DNA of 63,845 nt, filler included. It is 6 parts of 6 records of this genome, joined end to end, with 100 filler letters (N's around TTAATTAATTAA, not from the genome) between each part and the next. Parts side by side here need not be neighbours in the genome. Positions count along the whole stretch, not along the records: positions 1 to 24,428 come from SRR31156797_17489; 5 more parts are not named here. One strand, 5' to 3'. How positions within the stretch are numbered: the first letter of the stretch is position 1; the number at the start of each line of letters is the position of its first letter. Both the position numbers and the translations under genes were made by a program. Below, piece after piece: positions 9,746-18,838 of this stretch. The notes under the pieces were generated by a model. That model saw nothing but the letters and a program-made list of their open reading frames with translations, had not been told where the DNA came from and did no database searches.

Positions 9746-10777
9746 ATGCTAAAAAAATCACGACTGTTTCTTCTTTTTGTTGCCATGAGCATGATTGTAC
9801 CCGGCACGATCCTGGCAGCAGATGGCTATAAGAAAGAATACAAGATGAGTGTTGTTGTTGGCCCAAAGCTTCCCTGGGGCGCAGGTGCCACCAAGTTTGC
9901 AGATCTTGTCCGCGAACGCACCGATGGCCGCATTAATATCAAGGTATACACTTCATCCTCACTCATGGCCGGGAAACAGACCAATGAGTTTCTGATTCAC
10001 CGCCAAGGTGTGGCAGAGTTCTGCTTTGCCTCCACCATTAACTGGTCCACCACCATCAAGCAGCTCAACCTTTTCAACCTCCCTTTCTTCTTTCCCGATT
10101 ACAAGGCACTGGACGCTGTCACCAACGGAGAGGTGGGCACAGAGATTACCAATCTCCTGCATAAGAAGGGGGTTACTCTCCTTGCCTGGGGTGAAAACGG
10201 TTTTCGCGAACTAACCAACTCCAAGGGCCCAGTCAACAAACCTGAAGACCTGCAGGGAATGAAGATTCGTGTCGTTGGCACCCCTATCTTCATAGATACG
10301 ATGAAAGCACTTGGAGCTAACCCGGTCAACATGAACTGGGGTGATGCGCAGGTAGCATTCCAACAGGGCGTTGTCGATGGGCAGGAAAATCCGGTGGTAG
10401 CCATTGAGATCCCTGTGAAAATTTGGCAGTTCCATAAGTATGCAACTATCTGGCGCTACGTCATTGACCCACTCATGTTCACCGTTAACAATAAGGTAAT
10501 GGCCAGCTTCACTCCAGAAGACCAAGAAATTATACGTCAAGCTGCAATAGAAGCAGGTGCTGAACAACGGACAATCGTTCGTAAAGGCCTTATTGCGCCA
10601 GACCTGAGCGCTATTGAAACACTTCGCAGCAACGGCATGGAAGTTATCGAGCTAGACCAACAAGCACGCATGGCTTTTCGGGAAAAAACCAAATCTGTAT
10701 ATGACAAGTGGGTTGGCAAAGTAGGAACAAAACTGGTTGATAAAGCCGAAAAAGCGATTGAGGCTTCACAAAAATAA
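9746..10777 (+). CDS. dctP: TRAP transporter substrate-binding protein
   Basis: Signal peptide, WGENGFRELTN, GMKIRV (conserved Arg) and VDGQENP. GAGGAG RBS. Confidence 0.93.
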   Translation: MLKKSRLFLLFVAMSMIVPGTILAADGYKKEYKMSVVVGPKLPWGAGATKFADLVRERTDGRINIKVYTSSSLMAGKQTNEFLIHRQGVAEFCFASTINWSTTIKQLNLFNLPFFFPDYKALDAVTNGEVGTEITNLLHKKGVTLLAWGENGFRELTNSKGPVNKPEDLQGMKIRVVGTPIFIDTMKALGANPVNMNWGDAQVAFQQGVVDGQENPVVAIEIPVKIWQFHKYATIWRYVIDPLMFTVNNKVMASFTPEDQEIIRQAAIEAGAEQRTIVRKGLIAPDLSAIETLRSNGMEVIELDQQARMAFREKTKSVYDKWVGKVGTKLVDKAEKAIEASQK

Positions 10778-11257
10778 ATGATGTATACACGTTTACGGTG
10801 GATAGCCGGGCATCTGGAAGAGGTGCTCGGCGCATCCCTGTTGGCAGGGATGGCATGCTTGGCCTTTGCCAACGTTATTACCCGTTATATCTTTGAATAC
10901 CCGCTTGCCTTTACCGAGGAACTGGAAATTAACGCCCTGGTATGGTTGACCCTTTTTGGTACGTCCTGTGCTTTTCGGAAACGCCGTCACCTTCGAATGC
11001 TGTTTTTCCAAGAAAAGCTGTCCTTTGCCGTCCGGCGCTGGCTTAATTTTGTGATTGGTTTGGCAGGAGCAGGCCTGTTTGCCTTACTCGGATACCTTGG
11101 CTACAAACAGCTGCTGGACGAGCGGTTTCTTGAAATCACCTCTGAGTCGCTGGGCCTGCCCCAATGGTGGTACACAGCATGTATCCCCATCGGCTGCAGC
11201 CTGATAGTGTTTCGAATAATAATTGCGGTTGTTGCCGATTTTCAGGAGAAAGAATAA
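10778..11257 (+). CDS. dctQ: TRAP transporter small permease
   Basis: 159 aa with 4 TM segments, NVITRY and TEEL motifs. Abuts the dctP stop. Confidence 0.9.
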   Translation: MMYTRLRWIAGHLEEVLGASLLAGMACLAFANVITRYIFEYPLAFTEELEINALVWLTLFGTSCAFRKRRHLRMLFFQEKLSFAVRRWLNFVIGLAGAGLFALLGYLGYKQLLDERFLEITSESLGLPQWWYTACIPIGCSLIVFRIIIAVVADFQEKE

Positions 11258-12540
11258 TGGGTATTCTCCTCTTTGTCGGATTTTTCGCGTTACTGCTTGC
11301 CGGTGCGCCCATAGCTCTTTCTATTGCCATGCCAACCTTCCTGGTTATTTGGGCAGCTGAGTTGGGTACCCCGGTCATTGCTCCCAATTTCTTTGCAGGC
11401 ATCGCCAAGTTTCCCCTGTTGGCAATTCCCCTTTTTATTCTGGCAGGCTTTATTCTTGAGCGTTGCGGTATTTCCCAACGCATCATCCATTTTGCCAACC
11501 TGTTAGTCGGGAGACGAAAAGGCGGACTGGCCATTGTAGCCATTGCTGTATGCGTTTTCTTTGGCGGTGTTTCCGGTTCAGGACCTGCTGATTCAGCAGC
11601 CATAGGGGCCATTCTTATCCCGGCCATGTATGCCCAGGGGTACAGCCGCGGTTACAGCGCCGCCCTCATCGCAGCAGCAGGCTCAACAGCCATTATTGTT
11701 CCTCCGTCCATCGCCCTTATCATCTATGGGGCTATCACCAATACCTCGGTGCCTGCCCTCTTTGCTGCCGGAGCTATTCCCGGTTTTCTGGCCGGCCTTT
11801 CCCTGTTAATCCCAGCTGTATGGGTAGCTCGAAAGAAAGGTTATGGTGCGGTTAAAGAGACAGAGGAAGAAAAACCAAGTGTACTCAAGGCTTTTCGAGA
11901 AGCGTTCTGGGGCTTACTGGCACCGGTCATTATCCTCGGCGGTCTGTACGGTGGTATATTCACTCCCACCGAGGCTGCAGTGGTTGCCGTATTTTACAGC
12001 CTACTGCTCGGGTTTGTCGTTTATCGGACCCTTACCCTCCAATCAGCCTACAACATTTTGGTTGAGGCGTCCGAAGCCTCGGCTATTGTTATGCTTATTG
12101 TGGCCTTTGCCGGTCTTTTTTCATGGGCTGGATCTACAATAGGCATTCTTGACACCTTTGCTGGAATGCTGATGGGTATCAGCCAGAATGAATGGGTTGT
12201 CCTTATCCTGATTAATATCCTGATCTTTATTGGGGGTATGCTGATTGATGCAATCTCTATCTTTTACATTTTCCTCCCCATTTTTATGCCAATTATGGCC
12301 CATTTCGGATGGGATCCAATCTGGTTTGGTGTCGTCATGACACTCAACCTTGCCATTGGTCAGTTTACCCCTCCAGTTGCGGTCAACCTCTACGTGACAA
12401 CCCAACTAGCCAACATCAGAATCGAAAATACCTTCAAAGCTGTAATACCAATGGTACTGGCCATGATCATTGCCTTAGTGGTAGTGGTGCTCTTTCCCAG
12501 CCTCTCTCTTTTCATCCCCAGGTTCTTTGGCCTTATGTAA
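11257..12540 (+). CDS. dctM: TRAP transporter large permease
   Basis: ATG overlaps the dctQ stop (TAATG). Motifs LLAIPLFILAG, GVSGSGPAD, IVPPSI, FTPTEAA and TPPVAVNL. Confidence 0.93.
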   Translation: MGILLFVGFFALLLAGAPIALSIAMPTFLVIWAAELGTPVIAPNFFAGIAKFPLLAIPLFILAGFILERCGISQRIIHFANLLVGRRKGGLAIVAIAVCVFFGGVSGSGPADSAAIGAILIPAMYAQGYSRGYSAALIAAAGSTAIIVPPSIALIIYGAITNTSVPALFAAGAIPGFLAGLSLLIPAVWVARKKGYGAVKETEEEKPSVLKAFREAFWGLLAPVIILGGLYGGIFTPTEAAVVAVFYSLLLGFVVYRTLTLQSAYNILVEASEASAIVMLIVAFAGLFSWAGSTIGILDTFAGMLMGISQNEWVVLILINILIFIGGMLIDAISIFYIFLPIFMPIMAHFGWDPIWFGVVMTLNLAIGQFTPPVAVNLYVTTQLANIRIENTFKAVIPMVLAMIIALVVVVLFPSLSLFIPRFFGLM

Positions 12541-12543
12541 GCT

Positions 12544-13392
12544 ATGTTACTGATGGTTTTGTGTAAAATTGGGCTTTCTGCCCTTATGGTCATGGGCATT
12601 ACCTGGATTGCTGAACGCCTATCTCCACGATTTGCCGGAGTACTGCTTGGCTTTCCCTTGGGAATGGGGTTGTCTCTGTTTTTTATCGGATTGGAGCAAG
12701 GGACCGTTTTTGCATCCCAAAGTGCGCTCTGGTCTATCCAGGGAATTGTCGCGGCTTTGGTGTTCAGCCTGGTGTACAGTTGCACAGCAACAATAAGTGC
12801 AACCCTTTGTCGCCGACACAGTATTATTCTGTCGCTCCTGCTCAGTCTTTCCGCTTATTTTGCGACGGCCTTTATCATCATGCAGGAAATACCAACCAAT
12901 ATTTGGCTACGTTACCTGCTAGTGTTCCTGGCACTGGCAGTAACAGCTATTTTATTTCGTTTTTCCGCCTCTGGAGTTGAAAAACGCAAGATACGGTTAA
13001 CCCCGTTTATTCTCTGCTACCGAGCCTTTGCTGCTGCCGCAATTATCCTGCTTGTCACCGGAACAGCTGCAATGGTTGGCCCCAGGTGGTCCGGCCTCTT
13101 TTCTGCTTTCCCGACAACCATTCTCCCCACTGCCGTTATCTTGCATATCCACTATGGTTCTGCAGTCATGGGGCCACTTTTTCGCGAACTGCCTCAAGGG
13201 ATGCTGGCCCTGATACTTTTTGCCTTTTGCATCCACTTTTTTTATCCGCTCACAGGCGTATATTTAGGAATTATTCTGTCGTACCTGGCTTCTGCCTGCT
13301 ACCTGGTATTATACGAAACATTTCTCAGACAGCGCCTGAACCTGGTATTGGACAAAATCTCGGTTCCCAGTTCACAATCAGTAAAAAATTGA
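12544..13392 (+). CDS. Uncharacterised integral membrane protein with an internal two-fold repeat
   Basis: 282 aa, highly hydrophobic. The repeated unit reads AERLSPRFAGVLLGFP / AAMVGPRWSGLFSAFP. Starts 3 nt after dctM. Confidence 0.7.
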   Translation: MLLMVLCKIGLSALMVMGITWIAERLSPRFAGVLLGFPLGMGLSLFFIGLEQGTVFASQSALWSIQGIVAALVFSLVYSCTATISATLCRRHSIILSLLLSLSAYFATAFIIMQEIPTNIWLRYLLVFLALAVTAILFRFSASGVEKRKIRLTPFILCYRAFAAAAIILLVTGTAAMVGPRWSGLFSAFPTTILPTAVILHIHYGSAVMGPLFRELPQGMLALILFAFCIHFFYPLTGVYLGIILSYLASACYLVLYETFLRQRLNLVLDKISVPSSQSVKN

Positions 13393-13427
13393 TACTGCAT
13401 CCTATGATGCAGGGCCCCTTTATCAAA

Positions 13428-13862
13428 TTACAAATTCAGCACTTCCAATTTTTGCCGTTCTTTTTTATGTTTCTTTACCAGCCCCTTCATCGCCCTTGCC
13501 ACATCAGCCTGGCCCTGTAACTTTTCAGCCGCCTTTTCATAATAACGTAAAGAGCGTTCAGACAATGCTTGAGCTTTTGCAGAGAGCTTCCCCTTTGCCA
13601 TTGCAGACCCGTCTTCTACAACCACCTGATACGCTTCCCGCTGAAATCCTTCTATTGCTGCCAGTACCATCTCGCTGACATTCTCCCGCCTCACTCTCTG
13701 TACCTCTGCTACTCTTTTTTGTGCACTCTTTGTGAGACTTTCAAACAAAGCACTGTGTTTGTCGCAGTTAGGATTAACAGATGCCTGGGATAAAAATTCA
13801 AGATGTTGTTTTTCTATTTCCTCAGCAAAACCGAGGATGCTGCCAAAATTAACAAGGGGCAT
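13428..13862 (-). CDS. Hypothetical helical protein, possibly ferritin/rubrerythrin-like
   Basis: 144 aa, mostly helical, FAEEIE..., LSERSLRYYEKAA. GAGG RBS. Canonical ExxH ligands are not evident. Confidence 0.55.
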   Translation of the reverse strand: MPLVNFGSILGFAEEIEKQHLEFLSQASVNPNCDKHSALFESLTKSAQKRVAEVQRVRRENVSEMVLAAIEGFQREAYQVVVEDGSAMAKGKLSAKAQALSERSLRYYEKAAEKLQGQADVARAMKGLVKKHKKERQKLEVLNL

Positions 13863-14032
13863 ACTTACCTCTTACAGCCTTAATGTTGGATTTTCCATTT
13901 TTCCTATTTTCCATAAAGAGAGGGGACTCATCTTTTTTTATCTACATCTTAAACCGGGGGAGGTTCCTGTTCAAAATCGACAAAAAAAATCACCCCCTCA
14001 ACCTGAAACAGGGAATGTTACTGTCCGTCCTC

Positions 14033-15487
14033 TTAAAAATACCTTTCAATCACTACTTTGGTATCGGTAAAAAATTGAAAAATCTCTCTTCCATGCCCCT
14101 TAATATCGCCAAACATTGAACTGCCGGAACCGCCAAAAGGGAAGAAGCTCATAGGAGCAGCAATACCGATATTGACCCCGATCATACCAGGAGCTGCCTT
14201 ATACCGCATTTCGCGAACGGCCTTTGCATTCTGGGTATAGATACAGGCGGCGTTGGCGAAATTTCGGGTATTCACCAATTCAATAACATCATCTAAAGTC
14301 TCGGAACGAATAATGCTCACTACTGGTCCAAAAATTTCCTCCTTGGCAATAGCCATATCTGGAGTGACATTATCAAAAATGGTGGGTCCTACAAAAAAAC
14401 CTTCTGGGTAACCGTCTACTGTACAATTTCGACCATCAAGAATTAGATCAGCACCCTCAGCCAATCCTTTTTCTACATACGATAAGACACGTTCTTGATG
14501 AGCTTTACTTACTACTGGCCCCATGGCAACGCTTTCATCCAGTCCACTACCTACTTTCATTGCCTTTGTGGCAGCGACAAACTTTTCGATAAATGCATCA
14601 GCTCCCCCCCCTACAGGCGACAAAATTGAACCGGAAAGGCATCGTTGCCCGGCACAACCGAAAAAGGAGGTGATCAGCGAAGGCATGCCGGCTTCCACAT
14701 TGGCATCAGGCATGACTGCCACGATATTTTTAGCACCACCCAATGACTGGACCCTTTTCCCAGTGGCACCGCATCGCTCATAGATATATTTAGCGGTAGG
14801 GGTAGAACCAACAAAAGAGACCCCCTGGATATCCTCATGATCAAGAATTGCACTGACCACATCTCTTGAACCGTTAACCATATTGACCACTCCCTCAGGA
14901 AATCCGACCTCATCGATCACCTCAAAGATGCGGTTCTGGGTCATGGGCACCTGCTCAGAGGGTTTCAGCACAAAGGTGTTACCAGTCACCAGAGCATAGG
15001 GAATAAACCACCATGGCACCATGGCTGGAAAGTTATAAGGGGCTATACAGGCAAAGACACCCATGGGTTGACGATACAAAGAGGAATCAACTCCTTGAGC
15101 GATGTCTTCCAGGCAGTAACCGGTCATCATAGTGGTTACCCCGGTTGCATGCTCAATATTTTCAATCATGCGGCGAACTTCACCCCTGGATTCATCAATA
15201 GCCTTACCCTGCTCAATGGTAAGTACCCGTGCTATTTCTTCAAATTCTTCTTCAAAAGCATCTTTAAGACGAAACAAATACCGGGCACGTGCCAGGGGCG
15301 GAGTCTCCCGCCATTCAGGAAAAGCTCCAACCGCTGCCTGCACTGCCATATCCACATCCTGAGTATTTCCGTAAGGAACTGAGGCGATTTTCTCTCCCAG
15401 CACTGGGTTGGAAACAGTACCAAAAACATCTGTCGTTGAGTCTACCCAATCGCCATTGATATAATTCTGCATTACCCTGCTACTCAT
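14033..15487 (-). CDS. mmsA: CoA-acylating (methyl)malonate-semialdehyde dehydrogenase
   Basis: PYNFPAMVP, LKPSEQVP, SFVGST, GKRVQSLGGAKN, GCAGQRC (catalytic Cys), EEIFGPV and GVNIGIAAP-FFPFGG. Confidence 0.9.
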   Translation of the reverse strand: MSSRVMQNYINGDWVDSTTDVFGTVSNPVLGEKIASVPYGNTQDVDMAVQAAVGAFPEWRETPPLARARYLFRLKDAFEEEFEEIARVLTIEQGKAIDESRGEVRRMIENIEHATGVTTMMTGYCLEDIAQGVDSSLYRQPMGVFACIAPYNFPAMVPWWFIPYALVTGNTFVLKPSEQVPMTQNRIFEVIDEVGFPEGVVNMVNGSRDVVSAILDHEDIQGVSFVGSTPTAKYIYERCGATGKRVQSLGGAKNIVAVMPDANVEAGMPSLITSFFGCAGQRCLSGSILSPVGGGADAFIEKFVAATKAMKVGSGLDESVAMGPVVSKAHQERVLSYVEKGLAEGADLILDGRNCTVDGYPEGFFVGPTIFDNVTPDMAIAKEEIFGPVVSIIRSETLDDVIELVNTRNFANAACIYTQNAKAVREMRYKAAPGMIGVNIGIAAPMSFFPFGGSGSSMFGDIKGHGREIFQFFTDTKVVIERYF

Positions 15488-15572
15488 TGTTATTTCTCCT
15501 TATTCATTACTATGGCCTCATAACGGCCTGAACTGAATAAAATCAACCCAAGACTACTGGTATTTTTTTTAC

Positions 15573-16994
15573 TTAATTCGCTGCAACCAGGTATTCTGCA
15601 AATGTCATTTCAATAGCTTTTTTCACGGCATCCACAATCTGGTCAATCTCTTCCTCGACCACAGTCAGGCAGGGGACAAAATACAGGGTGGTATTCAATC
15701 CGGGAATACTTGAGTTGGTGCGGCCTAAGATGACCTTTTCTGCCAAAATATTGGTCATCACCTGCCCCATCTGAGCTTCACTCACCGGCGTTTTATCAGC
15801 TTTGTCCAGAACGAGCTCCACACCGCAGAACAAACCAACGCCTCTCACATCTCCAACCACAGGTAAATCGAACAGATCTCGGAGTTTTTCCAGCAGCAGC
15901 ACTCCCATTTCCCGGCTGTTTTCCACAAGATTTTCATCTTCAATAATTCTCGTACTCTCAAGGGCTGCAGCCATAGGGGCGGTACAACCGCCATAAGTGC
16001 TGATATCACGAAAAAAGTTGGTCTGCTCTTCCGGGTTGGCAGGATCGTTGAGAAACATGTCGTATATTTCCTGCTTTACCACGGTGGCAGAGAGTGCCTC
16101 GTAGGAGCTTGCCAGCCCTTTGGCCATTGTCACAATATCGGGGTCCACATCAAAATGGTCATGCCCCCAAAACTTGCCAGTCCTGCCAAAACCGCATACC
16201 ACCTCATCCATGATGAGCCAGATGCCATACTTTTTACAAATATCCTGAACAATGGGAAAATACTCTTCTACCGGCTGAATAATACCGCCGCCAGCAGTGA
16301 TCGGCTCAACCACGAATCCGCCCACGGAGTCAGCACCTTCTTTGAGGATCACCTCTTCCACAGCCCTGGCACAATCGATATTGCACCCTGGATAGCTTTT
16401 TTCAAATGGGCATCGGTAGCACAGGCAATGCGGGACTTCGATAAACCCTTCCACAAAAGGGCCAAATCCTTTTTTCCGCTCAAACTGACCACCGGCACTC
16501 ATGGTTGCCACGGTTGTTCCGTGGTAATCCCGGTCACGATAAAGAATTTTATATTTACCCTTTCGTGAAGCAATGATATTGGAAGCTAGGCGTACCATTT
16601 TAAACGCCTTCTCATTGGCTTCCGATCCGGAATTAGAAAAATAAACCTTGTCCAACCGTGGAAGGAGTTCAAGAAGTTTAGCCGCAAACTTTATCGAAGG
16701 AATATTGCCGTATGCACCAGCGAAATACGGCATCACCTTTAACTGCTCATACACCGCCTTGGCAATGGATTCGCGCCCGTATCCAACCATAACGCTCCAT
16801 ACGCCACCGGAGGTAGCATCCAAAAACTCATTACCTCGAATATCTTTAATCCTCAGCCCATCCCCTTCAACAACAATCATTTGCTCCCCGTTTTCAAAAC
16901 AGGTGTGGGATTTGAGATGGTGCCACAAACTATTTTTATCATGGGAAACCATCTCTTCAACATCATAGTCGTTTACATCAATTGGTGATGCCAT
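15573..16994 (-). CDS. Class III PLP aminotransferase, taurine/beta-alanine:pyruvate aminotransferase (Tpa) subfamily
   Basis: LDATSGGVW, SNSGSEANEKAFK, YRDRDYHGTT, EPITAGGG, DEVVCGFGRTG, TMAKG (PLP Lys) and FRDISTYGGC, closely matching the Tpa sequence pattern. Confidence 0.85.
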   Translation of the reverse strand: MASPIDVNDYDVEEMVSHDKNSLWHHLKSHTCFENGEQMIVVEGDGLRIKDIRGNEFLDATSGGVWSVMVGYGRESIAKAVYEQLKVMPYFAGAYGNIPSIKFAAKLLELLPRLDKVYFSNSGSEANEKAFKMVRLASNIIASRKGKYKILYRDRDYHGTTVATMSAGGQFERKKGFGPFVEGFIEVPHCLCYRCPFEKSYPGCNIDCARAVEEVILKEGADSVGGFVVEPITAGGGIIQPVEEYFPIVQDICKKYGIWLIMDEVVCGFGRTGKFWGHDHFDVDPDIVTMAKGLASSYEALSATVVKQEIYDMFLNDPANPEEQTNFFRDISTYGGCTAPMAAALESTRIIEDENLVENSREMGVLLLEKLRDLFDLPVVGDVRGVGLFCGVELVLDKADKTPVSEAQMGQVMTNILAEKVILGRTNSSIPGLNTTLYFVPCLTVVEEEIDQIVDAVKKAIEMTFAEYLVAAN

Positions 16995-17401
16995 GGCGCT
17001 TTTTTCCTTACATGCTAAGCGTTTACTTGCCGAATCGGTGACAACATTATTTTATAAATTGCTACTCAGAAGTCATTTCTACCTCAAACGTCAAATTCTA
17101 CGATACATCTCTATATGCAAGCTCAAAATCAAATTATTCGTATTTACGATGACACTAAAAGACGAAACGGCGCCTGTCAAGCCCGTTCTTGTTATTATTC
17201 GAACTTTAAAACCAGTTTACCCACACAATACGTAAATTTAACCAAACTAATGTTCGCTTTATGTTGCCACAACACAGATTCCCCGTTAAAAAAAGGTGTC
17301 AATTTCGAATAACGTTCCCAACCGTCAGCAGCCCATTTCCGTTGCACCGTACCAACCAGAGACACAACTCCTTGCGAAAGCAAACAAAAAAAAGGATCTC
17401 C

Positions 17402-17881
17402 ATGAAAAATGATGAAAAACCACTTGATCGCATTGACTGCGAAATTATCAGTCTACTCCAGCAAGACGGCAGGATTTCCAATATCGATATCGCTAAAAAA
17501 ACTAACATTTCTGAAGGTACTGTCAGAAGTCGCCTCAGCAGGCTGATCAAAAACGAAACTATCCAGATTGTAGCAGTGAGTAATCCGATTAAACTGGGAT
17601 TTACTATCGTGGGACACCTGAGAATTCATACAGAGCCAGGCTTTATTGACCAGGTGGCCAGTCACCTGAAAGCCATTGACAGGCTCTGGTTCATTGTGGC
17701 AACCACTGGCGCCAACACGGGTATTGATGCTGAATTTATTGCCAAGGATCTTGAAGAATTCAACCAATCGATCCTTCACAAGATCAACCAGATTCAAGGC
17801 GTAACCAAGGTCGAAGCCACTCTGACCCTTGAATTCCTGAAAAGAAAGTATAACTGGGGTACTGCAAACAGCGAAGGATAA
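17402..17881 (+). CDS. Lrp/AsnC-family transcriptional regulator
   Basis: LDRIDCEIISLLQQDGRISNIDIAKK-SEGTVRSRL HTH plus a C-terminal RAM domain. ATG at 17402 after AGGA. Divergent from the aminotransferase gene. Confidence 0.9.
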   Translation: MKNDEKPLDRIDCEIISLLQQDGRISNIDIAKKTNISEGTVRSRLSRLIKNETIQIVAVSNPIKLGFTIVGHLRIHTEPGFIDQVASHLKAIDRLWFIVATTGANTGIDAEFIAKDLEEFNQSILHKINQIQGVTKVEATLTLEFLKRKYNWGTANSEG

Positions 17882-18088
17882 TAAATAGATGCAAGCTACA
17901 GTTTCTTTTGCCCAATTCTACATTTCTGTATATATAACCCCTCCAGTTGACAGGCTACCTTCAAAAATTGGTTTTTCTGCCGACTTTTTTCCAGGCACCC
18001 ACCAAGAGACTTTACAATAAAAAAATCTGCACTGGATGGGATGCCATGTACTCTTTCAGCTTGATGTTACCCGGTCAGGAGCACCGTT

Positions 18089-18838
18089 ATGTCCCAACCT
18101 AAAACCGTTTCTCTGTTTATCCAGTGTCTTGTTGACTCTATGTTCCCTGAGGTTGGCGAGTCCATGGTCAAGCTCTTCGACCACCTGAGTATCCCGATCA
18201 CCTACCCCGCAAATCAAACATGCTGCGGCCAGCCTGCATTTAACAGCGGTTACCGCAAACAAGCGGCTGATGCGGCGATTCACTTCCTGAATGTCTTTGA
18301 AAATGCTGAGGTCATTGTCTGCCCGTCCGGCTCCTGTGTTCACATGGTACGACACCACTACCCTATGCTCTTTCAAGATGACCCGGTCATGTATGAACGT
18401 GCGCAGCGGATAGCTGCTAAAACCTTTGAACTCTCAGAATATCTGGTTGATACTCTTGGTATTACAAACACTGGAGCTAGTTATACGGGAACGGTGACAT
18501 ATCATGATTCCTGCCACCTTTCCAGGGAGCTTGGTATAAAAAAACAACCCAGGCAACTCCTGGAGAATATCCAAGGCCTACATTTTGTTGAAATGCAGGA
18601 TTCCGATAAGTGCTGCGGATTTGGCGGCACCTTTTCTATTCAGTATCCGGAGATATCAACAGCCATGGTGGACGACAAACTGGATGCAATTCTTGCAAGC
18701 GGGGCGGACACGGTCACGGGTTGCGATATAAGCTGCCTGATGAATATCAAGGGACGGGCATCAAGGCGCGGGGACTCACTGCAGGTTCTGCATATTGCCC
18801 AACTGCTAGAGCCCGATTTCGGAGGATCCCATGAGTAA
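18089..18838 (+). CDS. lutA: L-lactate utilisation protein A (CCG-domain Fe-S protein)
   Basis: QTCCGQPAFNSG, SGSC, YHDSCH, CCGFGGTF and DISCLMNI. Confidence 0.9.
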   Translation: MSQPKTVSLFIQCLVDSMFPEVGESMVKLFDHLSIPITYPANQTCCGQPAFNSGYRKQAADAAIHFLNVFENAEVIVCPSGSCVHMVRHHYPMLFQDDPVMYERAQRIAAKTFELSEYLVDTLGITNTGASYTGTVTYHDSCHLSRELGIKKQPRQLLENIQGLHFVEMQDSDKCCGFGGTFSIQYPEISTAMVDDKLDAILASGADTVTGCDISCLMNIKGRASRRGDSLQVLHIAQLLEPDFGGSHE

